Below, in pieces: positions 9,588 to 22,800 of a stretch of DNA of 64,000 bases. Numbering within the stretch: position 1 is the stretch's first letter; every line of letters begins with the position of its first letter. Origin of the DNA: Azolla caroliniana (lineage: Eukaryota > Plantae > Polypodiophyta). Under the pieces are notes generated by a model, which did not search any database, was not told the DNA's origin, and saw nothing but the letters and a program-made list of their open reading frames with translations. The position numbers and the translations under genes are program-made. The DNA lies in contig JBHGNT010000003.1 of NCBI GenBank assembly GCA_043228905.1, forward strand, positions 10,726,001 to 10,790,000, given 5' to 3'.

Positions 9588-11069
9588 CCAATCTTATGAG
9601 TAGATCCTCGAATTTGCCGATACCGGATTTCTCTTGTTCTCCAATCTATGTCCGGGTTATGTAATTCGAACCACGGTAACCCCAAGACAATTGGATGATT
9701 TAGACTACTAATTATATTAAATGATACTACACACACCAAGTTATCTAGGACAACTTGAATCGGCTCTGACTCCTCTGTGATTTTTCCGAAAGCAATGGGA
9801 CGACCATCAATAACTACTACAGATGTTGGGCAAGAAAGTTTTCTTAGGGATATCTGATGAGCTTCGGCAAAATTCCTATCCATGAAGCAAGAGGTGGCTC
9901 CGGAATCTAAGAGTGCTAAGACATGTACTGGAGGAGTACTTTTAGTACTAACCATTACTTGAGCTAAGAACACATTGCTAACTTGCTTAGAAGAAATGAA
10001 ACCACCAATGGGTTGCACAGATCTAGGGTTGTCCAACCAAACGGCTCCTATTTTGGTTGGAGTTATTCGTTTAACTCTTCTTCTAGTTGACTAACAAACA
10101 CACCTAGAGAAAGGCTTCTATTTAGGCTGGATTTCACATTTGTTTGAAAGGCTTGGGCTATTAGGACTATTAAACAAACCTAGAGAAATAGAGTATGGTT
10201 TAGTACTATTAGTAATAGCGGTTATTTGATTTACCTGCCTTCTTGGCCGATGGGGACAGTTCACTGCAATATGCCCCGGTCCACCGCAATAAAGACATAA
10301 TCTATTTGCCCAGTGTCACTGCTTTTCTTCTTCCGATAGGGGTCTGCAATGATCGCTACAATGGTCGCTTCAAGTTGTTGCACGCGTAATGCTAGTTCCC
10401 CATGTTGTTCTTGCGTCTGTTGCTTCTCTAAGGAGATTTGTTGAAGCTCCCCCAACAGTTGTTGATTTTCTTGTTCGAATGCGAGAAACTTCTCTTTCAA
10501 GCATTGCAACTCCAAGAAAACGGATTGATATTCTTGAGTGCTAACAGTGGCCATAGTATGAGAGAAAAGAGGAATAAGAGATTAGTCTGAAGGGAGGGAG
10601 AAGTAAGAAGATAAAAGGAAGAGAAGGAATGAGAGGAAATCGGTTCAAACTATCAAGAATAGTACTAAGACAGAGAAGGAATTAGTACTAAAAGATGAGG
10701 ATTAGTACTAAGGGAGGTGTAGAACTCTCGAGAGAAGGAAAGAGTGAGTGAGAGAGAGAGAGAGAGAGAATGATGATAACAAAAGATATATATTATATTA
10801 AGAGAATATATAGTAATAGCTAGGAGGCTTAAGACTAGCGTTGAACCGATTTGGTTCGAAATAATGCCTTGTGCCTCCTTTTATAGTGTTCGCAGGAGTA
10901 CTCTTGAAGTTTCTAGAATGTTCCAGAGAAATTTGGAATATACATCTTTTTTCTACAGTAAAACTTGAATGAAAATAATATCCTTCGTATTAGAATATAT
11001 AGTCTAATGGTCAAGAGCTCGACCCATGTAACATAAGGTCATGGGTTCGAATCTTGCTATATCATGACA
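9588..11069 (-). mobile_element. Ty3/gypsy (chromovirus/Tcn1-like) 5' fragment: LTR, gag start, aspartic protease
   Basis: Protease LALLDSGATSCF...IVLGLPWFELHNPDIDW (9588-10036). Coiled-coil gag start 10261-10554. LTR 10651-11069 is homologous to solo LTR 47803-48253. Confidence 0.82.
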
Positions 11070-13982
11070 GAATGAGAGACTAAGTCGAAACGACCAGTCG
11101 GATGTGGAGCTGGCGAGTAGTGGAGACTCGGTCATGTTATCCCTATGCTAGAAGTAGAGGAGACGGCTTATGCGCAATGATAAGGGGAAGATAAAGATGT
11201 CGGGAGTATATAGCACAGAAGTCGGCGTGTTGGCCCGGAGTGAATCCGACATGGCTAGGAGCAACGATGAACCTTTCAAAATGAGGTCGAAGTCGGCCAG
11301 AAGGGCCTTGAAGGCAGTCAACAAGAGGTTGTGCCAATCATCCCCCCCTAGAAGGAACCCTTTCATTAGGTATGGGTCTAATGAGTACATGGCGCATTAT
11401 TATGTGTACATGACTAAAGTGACGAAGATGCACAAGCCAAAGAGCTACGCGGAGGTGGCTCACCAACTAGAGAGCGGCCATGGAGGAAGAGATGCACGTG
11501 TTAACCGACAACAAGACATGGGATCAGGTTGACATTCCCAAAGGAGTTAAGCTGATTAGATGTAGGTGGGTGTATAAGGTAAAATACAATGCCGACGGCT
11601 CAATCAACACGTACAAGGCCAGACTAGTGGCCAAGGCCTATCCACAAACACACGGCATCGACTACGATGAGACGTTCGTGCCAGTCGCTAAGATGATGAC
11701 CATCCGTGTGTTGTTGGTGGTAGAAGCAACAAATGGGTGGCTCAATCAACAGGTACAATGCTAGACTAGTGGCCAAGGCCTATCCACAAACACACGGTAT
11801 CGACTACGATGAGATGTTCGCGCCAGTCGCTAAGATGACGACCGTTCGTGTGTTGTTGGCGGTAGAAGCAGCAAAAGGGTGGCATCTAACATCAGATGGA
11901 TGTAAAGAACAATTCCTGCAAGGTAAGCTTGAGGAACAAGTGTACATGGTACAACCCCCCGGATTTCTATCTGAATTGAACACATCCGCAGTTTTCCGAC
12001 TGAAGAAATCTTTGTACATACTCAAGCAAGCCCCTCGAGCTTGGAATGACATCTGCGTAAGATGGGGTTTGTGACATCCAAATCAGATTCTTCTTTATTC
12101 ATCCAGCAAGGTCAGAGTGAGCCGGTTAGCATTTTGCTATATGTTGATGATTTAGTCATTGTTGGCACCGACCTGGAAGAAATCGGTCGTGTAAAGTCTC
12201 TGCCAGCGGCATTGTTTGAGGTGAAGGATCTAGGGGACCTTCACTACTTCCTCGGGATCGAAGTGATCCGAACCCCCGAAGGCATATTGATCAGCCATCT
12301 CCATTATGTGCTAAATATGCTCTTCAAGTTAGGGATGATGGATTGTAAATCCGTTGCAACTTCTCTGGACAGAAATGTGAAGCTTTGCCCTGAATCAGGA
12401 ACAGTATGCGACCCGACATGGTTCCAACAGATAGTCAAAAGTCTAACATACTTGACCATCACCCGTTTGGACTTTAGCTATCTAGTCGGATTGATCAACC
12501 AGTTTATGTCACAGCCAAAGACTAAACACCTTCAATGTGCGCAAAGGATATTGTGACATGTCAATGGCACTAAGGATGCGGCGTTGTTGTATTGGACTAA
12601 GGTAGGCAAAGAGTTGGTCAACTACATGGATGTTGATTGGGGCGGAAATGCCAGTGATCATAGGTCTACATCAAGTTTTGTGTTTTCAATTGGAAGCGCC
12701 GCAATCGCCTGGAGAAGCAAGAAGTAGCCTAAAGTGGCATTGTCGAGCACTGAGGCTGAATATCGAGGAGCGGTTGTCAGTATATGTGAAGCCATATCGC
12801 TCAAGCGGGAAGGATCTACATGTGGAGGTTGCCGATCCGACAATGATCTACTGTGAAAACCGTAGCAGCATCCAACTAGCCAAGAGCCCCATCTTTCACG
12901 CTCATACCAAGCACATAGAAGAGCATTGTCGCTTCGTGGACGAGCGTGTTCTCTCTGGTGAAGTGAAACTGCAATATGTTTTGACTGATCGTCAAGTGGC
13001 CGACATCCTCACCAAACCCCTCAGCTTAGACAAGTTGCGGCATTTCTCGAGCATGCTTGGCTTGCAGCATCTCGACATGCCGAACTTGAGGGAGGGAGAT
13101 ATCATAAGAGATGGAGTCCAAAAAACTGAATCGGATGAAGACTTTGAGTTCTAGACGACTGAAGAAGTTGAGGACGGATGCACGGGGAGCAACCAAGAGC
13201 ACGAACCGAGAGACCAAGATGAAGAAGGCAAGGCATGTCGGAAAGCCAAGAAGGGCAGAGCCAAACTAAGAATGGGGGCCAAGACCACGACATGGTCAAA
13301 TGTGGTCAAGGGTCTGCAAGAAGACGAGTCAGAGACAACTAACTCGGTCAAAGAAGACGAGTAAGAGACAGTCGACTCGGTCAAGAAGAGTGATTTGGAA
13401 GAGCCGGATCACGTAAAGGCCAAACTGACGAGAACACAATTGAAGACGATGCCAAAGCTAGAGAGCCAACGGGTCGTGGAGCGTGAGCAACAAGGCATGA
13501 AGCCAAAGAAGTTGAAGCGAAGAACCGACTATGTAGGAGAAACCTCAAGTTCAACATGAGTCGAATCGGCTAAAGTCCGGTAGGGTGGTCGGTTGAAGAA
13601 GTTGACAATCGAAGCGGTTGAGGGAAGTCGGATGAATAAGTTGACAGTTGGGTCAGTCTAGAGATAGGCCGATAAGACGTTAGAGCCTTTCTTCCTAGTC
13701 TTAGTATTAGGAATATTTTAGGGAGTTGGTGTCATAGCGTCTTTATGAGCATTCAAGTACTAACAGTACTTGTGTCAGCCCGCTGTCAAGGCTTGTATAA
13801 AGTGCTCTCTGAGCACACTTGTATACACACAAAGTGTATTATTTGGATTCTGTTTTTTGCTTCTACTCTCTTTGTGTCTCTCCCACTCCTGCTTAATGTA
13901 TTCTTGTTTTCTTTGTGTTTTACCTAACTGTGGTTGAGCCGATTGTGTTGTTCTTAAGTTTCTGCATACGAAACTCATTACA
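11070..13982 (+). mobile_element. Degenerate Ty1/copia RT-RNase H fragment with probable 3' LTR (~13550-13982)
   Basis: RWVYKVK, YKARLVAK, LLYVDDL and ADILTKPL motifs in broken ORFs. Local ~140-bp duplication of the KARLVAK segment. Boundaries approximate. Confidence 0.8.
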
Positions 13983-14055
13983 AGCAAGAAGAGAGTCGAA
14001 GAGGAAGCCGAAGTGACTGATGAAGATGAAACATCCAGGAAAACCAGAGGAGGTG

Positions 14056-17000
14056 TGTAAAAAGAATAGTGTGCGAAAGCAATAGGAAACTGAACACAGA
14101 AAATACGCAGGTTTAATGGACAGCTTGAATATACACAGTACGCGGGAGAGACAGAGAGAGAACACACAGAAAATCAATTCAAAATAATACTCAATCTGTA
14201 CATACACCGTGCTCAGTGAGCACCTTTTATACAAGCCCTGACAATAGGGCTGACACAAGTACTGACAGTACTTAATCGCTCATAAATGAGCCTACTACAC
14301 TAACTCCCAAAATTATTCCTTACGAGGAATATCTTCCCAACGGCCTCGCGGTTTTCATACCGATACAGCCATGTTATGCATACCGATTTATGCACTCAGT
14401 CTACGCACTAGGTTACGCATCGTATTACGCATGAATGTTGAGCTTGTCTCTCAACACTCCCCCTCAAGCTCAACTTGAGGTGCCACCTGTTCCGCCAGAT
14501 CTACGCTCCGGTTCCTTCAGGCTTCACACCTCGCTCGCACTCCTCGACCTGTTCGATTCCGCGCGCCTCGACCCTTCCGATCGGCTTGTCTACTTACACG
14601 GCCCTTCTCAATTTCCTTGCTATTGCGGTGTTGGCGTCTCTTCTGTTGTCTTCTCTTCCGCTTGGCCCTCGGTTGACTCAGTGTATCCGAATCAAGCATC
14701 CGAACCGACTCGGCTTCCTCCGATCGGTTTTTGCTTTCGTCTGAGTTGGCTATCTCCAATTCGTCTTCGGTCTTCTCGCCCTTGATGGCTTCATCTCCCC
14801 CATGCTTGGTTGGCTTTGGCTCTTTCTTCTGGTTGCTCCCCTTATGTCCGCTTTCCGACTCTTCCGTGGATCTGCCCTTGGCTTCTTCAGCCGATCCGAA
14901 ATCGAATTCATCATCCGACTCAGTGTCACGGTCGTCATGGTCTTTTCCGCTCCCTTCCATGGTCATCTAGGATGTCTCTCTCCCTCTCAAGTTTGGCACG
15001 TCGAGGTGACGCAACCCAAGTGCACCCGAGAATTACCGCAATTTGTCCAGACCAAGAGGCTTGGTGAAGATGTCAGCGTTCTGCCGATCCGTCGAAACAT
15101 ACTAAAGTTCAACTTCACCGGAGAGGACACGCTCACGGACGAAATGGTAGTGCACCTCAATGTGCTTATTCTAGGCGTGGAAGATGGGGTTCTTTGCTAG
15201 CTAGATGTTGCTAAGGTTGTCGCAATAGAACATCGTCAGATCAGACACCTCTACCTGCAGATCCCGTAATAGCCATTTCAGCCAAATGACTTTGCACGTA
15301 GCGACAGTCGCCTCTCAATATTTGGCCTCCATGCTCGACAGTGCTACTGTTGCCTGCTTTTTGCTTCTCCACGCGATCGCCACACTTCCTAGAGAGAACA
15401 CGTATCCGGATGTGGATCTACGATCGTGGGCGTTTCCGGCCTAATCGGCATCCGTGTAGCCGACTAACTTTTCAGCTACGCCTGCCCGATAAAACAATGC
15501 CATGTCTTTCGTGCCGCTGACATAACGCAATATCCGTTGCTGCACTGAAAGTGTTCAGCTGTAGGCTGCGACATGAATTGACTGATTAGGCCGACTAGAT
15601 AACTAAGATCCGGCCGAGTAATCGTCAGATAGATAAGGCTTCTGACAATCTGTCCGAACCATGTCGGGTCGTATGCCTTTCCTGAATCTCGGCGAAGCTT
15701 TGCGTTTCTATCGAGAGGGGTCGAGATGGGCTTACAGTTTGCCATCCCGAACTTGAAGAGCATATTTAGTGCATAATGACGCTACCTGATCAATATGCCT
15801 TCAGGGGTATGGATCACTTCGATCCCGAGGAAGTAATGAAGGTCCCCCAGATCCTTCATGTCGAATGATGATGACCAAGTCATCAACATATAGTAAACTG
15901 CTAACCGGCCTAAGTCAACATTTCCGGATGAACAGTGAGGAGTCCGATTTTGACATCGCAAAGCCCATCCGATGCAATCGGTGCATGATCTTCGCGTTCT
16001 AGGCACGCGGGCCTTGCTTTTGTCCGTAAAGGGACTTCTTCAATCGGCACACCACCAAAGTGTTCGTTCCGGAGTGAAATCCGGGGGGTTGTACCATGTA
16101 CACTTGTTCCTCAAGCTCACCTTGCAAGAACGCATTCTTTACATCCATCTTATGTAAGTGTCACCCCTTAGCCGCTGCTACGGCTAGTAGAACACGCACG
16201 GTAGAAATCTTCGCGACAGGCGTGAAGGTCTCCTCGTAGTCGATGCCATGTTGTTGCGCGTAGCCTTACGCTACTAATCAAGCCTTGTATTTGTTGATTG
16301 AGCCGTCGGTGTTGTACTTGACCTTGTACACCCACCTACATCCGATCGGCTTCACACCCTTCAGTGCGTCAACCAGGTCCCAAGTTTCATTCTCTGCCAA
16401 TGCGTGCATCTCTTCCTCCATTGCGGCACACCAATTCGCGTCCTTCGCCACTTCTGTGTAGCTCTCCGGCTCACGCACTTCCGCTACACGCGTCATGTAC
16501 GCATAGTGATGCACCATGTACTCATTATACCCGCATCTGTTTACGGGGTTCTTCTAGCGAGTAGATCGGCGTAATTCGTGATTACCCGATTTCGTGACCT
16601 TGTCGGTCAATTTCGACCTCTTCCATAGAGGTTCCTTCTCGACTGGCTTGAGGTCAGATTCGCTTTGAACTGACTCGGCACTACCGAAATCATATTCCGG
16701 CGTCTTCTTCTTCCCCTTCTCCTTGTGTGTAAATCGTATCCTCGGTTCTTTACACATGGACATCACGGCTAAGTCTCCACTACTCATCGTCTCATCATCT
16801 AGTTGGCCATCTCAGCCCAACCCCTCATTCGGCCCACTCAGCCAAAATGAGATCGGACTCTCTCTCAGAGCTCCGATTTCTTCATCGTGCGGAGGCATTT
16901 CAGCCTCGTTTATTTCTTCTTCAGAAATCGGATTGGAGGTGAGATCCGGAGTCGGAGGCAAATACCAGGACGTGGACTCGTCAAACACAACGCCGCGGCT

Positions 17001-19718
17001 TACGCGCGCTTGTTTGGTGTGTCGGTTATAACACTTATAACCCTTCTACTCGTCCAAATAGCCGACCAAGATACACTTCTCGGCTTTCGCATCCAACTTC
17101 TTCCTTTTCTCCTTTGGTACGTGCACATACGCGATGCTGCCGAAAATCCTCAAGTGTGCCAAGTTCGGCTTCTTCCCGAAATACAGCGCATGTGGCAACA
17201 CTCCTCCATTAGTAGAGGTCTGATTTTGCATGTAGACAACCGTCTTCACGGCTTCAGCCCAATAGAATTTCGGCATATGCTTCTCTTCAAGCATTGCCCT
17301 GGCCGCTTCTTCAATCATCTGATTCTTCTGCTCGGCTACGCCATTCTGCTCCGGCGTATATCTACATGAGAATTCGTGTCGAATTTCCTCCTTCTGTAGA
17401 TAACATGTGAACTGGTCGGAGAAGTACTCCTTCCCGCCATCGGACCGTAGGCATTTGATTCTACGCCATGTTTCCCTTTCCGCGAGGCTCTCCACCTCCA
17501 AGAAACGTGCGAAAACTTCACTCTTCTTTGCGATCGTACATGCCCACGTCTGCCGAGTGAAATTATCGATGAAGGTTACAAAGTAACAGCTTCCACCGAG
17601 ACTCACGTTCTATGCCGGTTCCCACACATCCGAATGGATCAAGTCCAACGGACTTCGACTACGATTACGCTCATTGGGGAATGGAAGTCGGTGTTGTTTT
17701 CCCATCTGACAGGCTTCGCAAACTTGGCCATTCCGACCCTAAAACTTCAGCAAGCTGAAAACAATGTTCTTAGTCTGCATCTCACGAAGCCGTGGGAAAT
17801 TCACATGGTCGAACTGCTTGTGCCACAGGTCGATATCCGATTCAACCTTTTGTCCTTTCGCGTACAACGCGGTTCCTGCTTGATTAGTGTCGAGGAGAAA
17901 CATCCTCCCTTCACGGCGCCCTCGCGCAATCACTTTGCCTTCCTCTTCTATGAAGCAGTCGAGGTGCGTGAATTGAACTTGCATACCTTGGTCGACGATC
18001 TGTCCGACCGACACAAGGTTTTTTGTTATTATCAGGATGTGCAACACGTTCATTAGCTTCCCTTTCTGCCTGACGTGGCTGAGGGGAACTTCTCCGACAT
18101 GTTCGATGGTATGCGGAGTGTCGTCGCTGGTTTTGACCACTCCTCATGATTCCGGCTTCTCCAAGTACGAGAACCATTCCTCATGGCTCGTCATATGATT
18201 TGACGCTCCGGAATCCACATACCACACCTCCCTTGATTTCCAGGTGTTCACAACCATTGAATTGTCTTTATGCTTCATTACGAAGGTAGGGCCCACTCCA
18301 TTTCCAGCTTGTTCGGAGCCCTCAGCGTAGTGCGATCTTTGATGCCTTCCTGCGTCTCTTCCACACGGTCCAGCTTTGTCCGAGTCGGCTTGTTTCTTCC
18401 AGCACTCGCTCTCTTTGTCTCCTTTCTTGCCACAGTACCAGCAATCCGGCGCGGCCTTCTCTTGCCGTCTTCCGACACCACCCTGACTCCCTCTGTTTCC
18501 GGAGGGTCCGGAATTGCTATCGGCATCACTTCGGTGCCTTCTTCCTTGATCCCGTCGGCCGCCTCCATTGCGCACCGACTCGCCTCGTCCGCCACGACCA
18601 CAGGGCCTATCTCCCTCCGTGTACAACATCTTGTTGTCGGCATGCGTGCTCGTCGACGCACCCGCGTGGTTCTCCTCTATAAGGAGCATCGATTGTAGGT
18701 CGAAAAACAACGGCGTATTCTCCCGTATACACAGAGCAGTTCGGAACGCTCCGAACTTCGACATCAGTCCCCCAAGACAAATCTGCACCATCTCACCTTC
18801 TTCAACGTTCACATCAATGGAGGCTAAGGAGTCGCATATATCTTTGATCTTCGAGCTGTAATCAGCCACCGACAAGTCCCGTTGTCGTAGGTTGCTCAGC
18901 TCCTATCGGAGTTGAAGCTTCCTGGTTGTAGTGCTTGCGGCGAAAATCTTCCTTAGATTTCCCCAAACATCTTTCGGTGTTTTTGCATCTCGAATGTAGC
19001 TTAGGAGCTGTTCGCCCACACAAGATGCAAAGTAGTACAGTACTCTGCTCACCGACTATTCCCACACCAGGAAATCTCTGTGTGTCGATTCGGGTGCTGT
19101 GTCATTTGCTCCGTCGACATAGTTCCAGTAACTGTGCCCGAGCAGGTACTGGTGCATCTTGTAGGACCAAGACGCGTAGTTGTTTCTATCGAGCTTCTCC
19201 GTCGGAAGCGAGCTAGCCATGCCTTTATCCATCGGTTTTACTTGTTCTTCTTGGTTACTTTTCCTTTTAAGCTATGTCGGTTGTAGAGGTTCTCAGCCCT
19301 CACGCTCTGATACCATGTAAAAAGAATAGCGTGCGGAAGCAATAGGAAACCGAACACAAAATATACGCAGGTTAAATGGAGACCTTGAATATACACAGTA
19401 CGCGGGAGAGATAGAGAGAGAGAACACGCAGAAGCTCAATTCAAAATAATACTCAATCTGTACATACACCGTGCTCAGTGAGCACCTTTTATACAAGCCC
19501 TGACAATAGGGCTGACACGAGTACTGATAGTACTTGACCACTCATAAATGAGCCTACTACACTAACTCCCAAAATTATTCCTTACCAGGAATATCTTCCC
19601 AATGGCCTCGCGTTTTTCATACCGATACGGCCATGTTATGCATACCGATTTACGCACCCAATCTACGCACTGGGTTACGCATCGTATTACGCACGAATGT
19701 TGAGCTTGTCTCTCAACA
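14056..19718 (-). mobile_element. Full-length Ty1/copia family A element (disrupted ORFs)
   Basis: LTRs 14056-14456 and 19316-19718 (TG..CA). TSD AGGTG at 14051-14055 and 19719-19723. PBS 19304-19315, PPT from 14457. Gag-PR-INT-RT-RH order. Confidence 0.95.
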
Positions 19719-19896
19719 AGGTGGCAAAGTCGAGAAGGACAGAGCTGACTGAAAGAAGAAGGCCAGGACGAGGATGTGGGAAGATGTGGTCAAAGGCCAA
19801 AAGAAAGGTGAATTGGACATAGTCGGTTCAAACAAGACAGAAGACGAATCAGAGACAACCGATTTGGTCGAGTTTGACTCGGGGGAGCCGAGTTAT

Positions 19897-22800
19897 TGTA
19901 AAAGTGGTGTGGAAGCGTGTGTGTAAACGCAGAGTAGTTTAGTAAACACAGAAACATAGAGATAGAGATGGAGAGGGAGAGACAAAGAGACAGAGACACA
20001 ATAGACCAAATTCAAAATAATTCTCTGTTCTGTACACACAATAGATCAAACCCTACTTCCGAAGGGTTCGGAATTGCTTCCGGCATCTCGATTATGCCAT
20101 CCATTCTTCTCTTTTCGGCCGCCTCCATTGCGCGTTGATCTGCCTCTTTCACCACAACCACGGGGCCTATCATCCTCCGTGTAGAGCATCTTGCCATCGG
20201 TGTGCGCACTCATCGATGCACGTGCGTGGTTTTCTTCTACAAGCAACATTTACTGAAGCTGGAAAAATGAAGGCGTATTCTCCCTCGTGCAGACCGCCGT
20301 TCAGAAAAGCTCCAAACTTAGATGCTAACCCGCCAAGAAAAACCTGCACCATCTCATCCTCCTCAACATTCACGTTGATAGAGGCGAGTGAGTCGCAAAT
20401 TTGTTTGATCTTGGTGGTGTAGTCAGCCACCGACATATCTCATTATCGTACATTGCTCAACTCTTGCCTGAGTTGAAGCTTCTTGGTTGTATTGCTTGCG
20501 GCGAAGAGTTTTTTGAGATTCGCCCACGCGTCTTTTGGCGTCTTAGCATCCTGAATATAGATCAATAGTTGGTCGCTCACACAGGATGCAAAGTAGTAGA
20601 GAACTTTGCTTACCGCTTGTTCCCAAGCCGAAAAATCTCTATGTGTCGAATCGGGTCCTACATCATAGGATCCTTTGACCTAACTCCAGTAGTCGTGACC
20701 AAGCAAGTACTGGTGCATCTTGTACGACCAAGATGCGTAGTTGCTCCTGTCGAGCTTTTCAATCGGCAGCGAGCTTCCCATACCTCTGTCCATATTGTTC
20801 AACTCTGTTTTGTCGCAAGCTTTTCCTGTCGACTGTAGAGGACTTCAACCCTCGCGCTCTGATACCATGTAAAAGTTGTGCGGAAGCATGTGCGTAAACG
20901 CAAAGTAGTTCAATAAACACAAAAAACACAGAGATGGAGAGGGAGAGGGAGAGATAGAGAAAGAGAGACACAATAGATCAAATTCAAAACAATTCTCTGT
21001 TCTGTACATACTTCGTGCTCAGTGAGCACCTTATATACAAGCCTTGACAATTAGGCTAACACAAGTACTGACAGTCCTTGAATGCTCATAAATGAGCCGA
21101 CTACACAGACTCCCAAAATTATTCCTTTACGAGGAATAACGCTCTAACGGCCTCTTCGGTTTTCACACCGATGCGGCCCTATTGTGCATACTTTTTCACG
21201 CACCCAGTCTACGCACTGGGTTACATTGCGTAGTTCGCACCGAATGTTGATCTTGTCTCTCAACACTCCCCCTCAAGATCAACTTTAGGTTCCACTTGCT
21301 CCGTCGGATCTACGCTCCGGTTCCTTCTAACTTCACGCCTCGCTCACGCTCCTCGACCCATTCGATTCTACGCGCTTCGACCTTGTGGTCGGCTTGTCTT
21401 CTCGTTCGGCCCTTCTCAGCTCCCTTGCTGTCGCGGTGTTGACGCATCCTTCGTTGCCCTTTTTCCCGCATGGCCTTCAGTTGATTCGGCGTATCTAAAT
21501 CGAACATACCGTATGAATTGAACTCTTCCGATTCAATTTCACTCTCATCTGAATTGGCTGTCGCCAATTCGTCCTCAATCTTTAGGCCCCTGACAACATT
21601 TGATCACATCTTAGTCTTGGCCTTATCTCCCCCTGTTTCGGCTATCCTCGGCTCCTTCTTATGCTTACGGCCCTTGCCCTTGCTTCCGTCTTCAGCTTCT
21701 TCAGCTGGTCAGAAGTCAAATTCTCCATCCAACTCCGCATCTCGGTCACTTCCGCCGTGATGCTTACCTCTGCTCCTTTCACACTCTTGTCCCTATTCTT
21801 TGTTTCTCCCCCTCAAGTTCGGTGTGTCGAGGTGACGCAACCCAAGAGCACCCGAGAAATGTCGTAACTTGTCGAGACCAAGAGGTTTTGTGAACATGTT
21901 TTGCGACAGTCGCCCCTCGATATTCGACCTCCATGCTCAACAATGCTACCGCCGACTGCTTTTTGCTGCTCCACGTGATCTCCACACTTCCTAGAGAGAA
22001 TGCGTATCCGGATGTGGATCTATGATCGTGGGCGTTTCCGGCCCAATCGGCATCTATGTAGCCGACTAATTGTTCGGCTACGCCTACCCTATAAAACAAC
22101 GCCATGTCTTTCGTGCCACTGACATAACGCAATATCCGTTGCGTGCACTGGAAGTGTTCGGCAGTAGGCTGTGACATGAATTGACTGATTAGGCCGACTA
22201 GATAACTAAGATCCGGCCGAGTAATCGTCAGATAGATAAGGCTTCCGACAATCTGTCGGAACCGTGTCGGGTCGCACGCCTTCCCCGAATATCGGCGAAG
22301 CTTTGTGTTTCTATCCAGAGGGGTCGAGATTTTCTTACAGTTTGCCATCCCGAACTTGAAGAGCATATTCAGCGCATAATGACGTTGGTTGATCAATATG
22401 CCTTCGGGGGTACGGATCACTTCGATCCCGAGGAAGTAATGAAGGTCTCCTAGATCCTTCATTTCAAATGATGCCGCAAGCTGAGACTTCACGCGGCGGA
22501 TTTCGTCAAGGTTGGCACCGAAGATGACTAAATCATCAACGGAGAAGAGTAGGTTGACCGGTCCATATTAACCTTGTCGAACAAATAGAGAAGAGTCTGA
22601 TTTCGACGGCGCAAACCCCATTCTACGCAACTGTTGCGTAATCTTTGCGTTCCAAGCTCACAGGGCTTGCTTTAGTCCGTATAAGGACTTCTTCAATCGG
22701 CAAACTGCTAGAGGTGTTTTGTTCGGATAGAAATCCAGGCGGTTGTACCATGTACACCTGCTCCTCAAGATCACCTTGCAGGAACGCATTCTTTACATCC

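Noticed and set aside
10995-11061. Functional tRNA gene
   Set aside because: A/B boxes are present, but no convincing cloverleaf or anticodon arm. It is part of an LTR.
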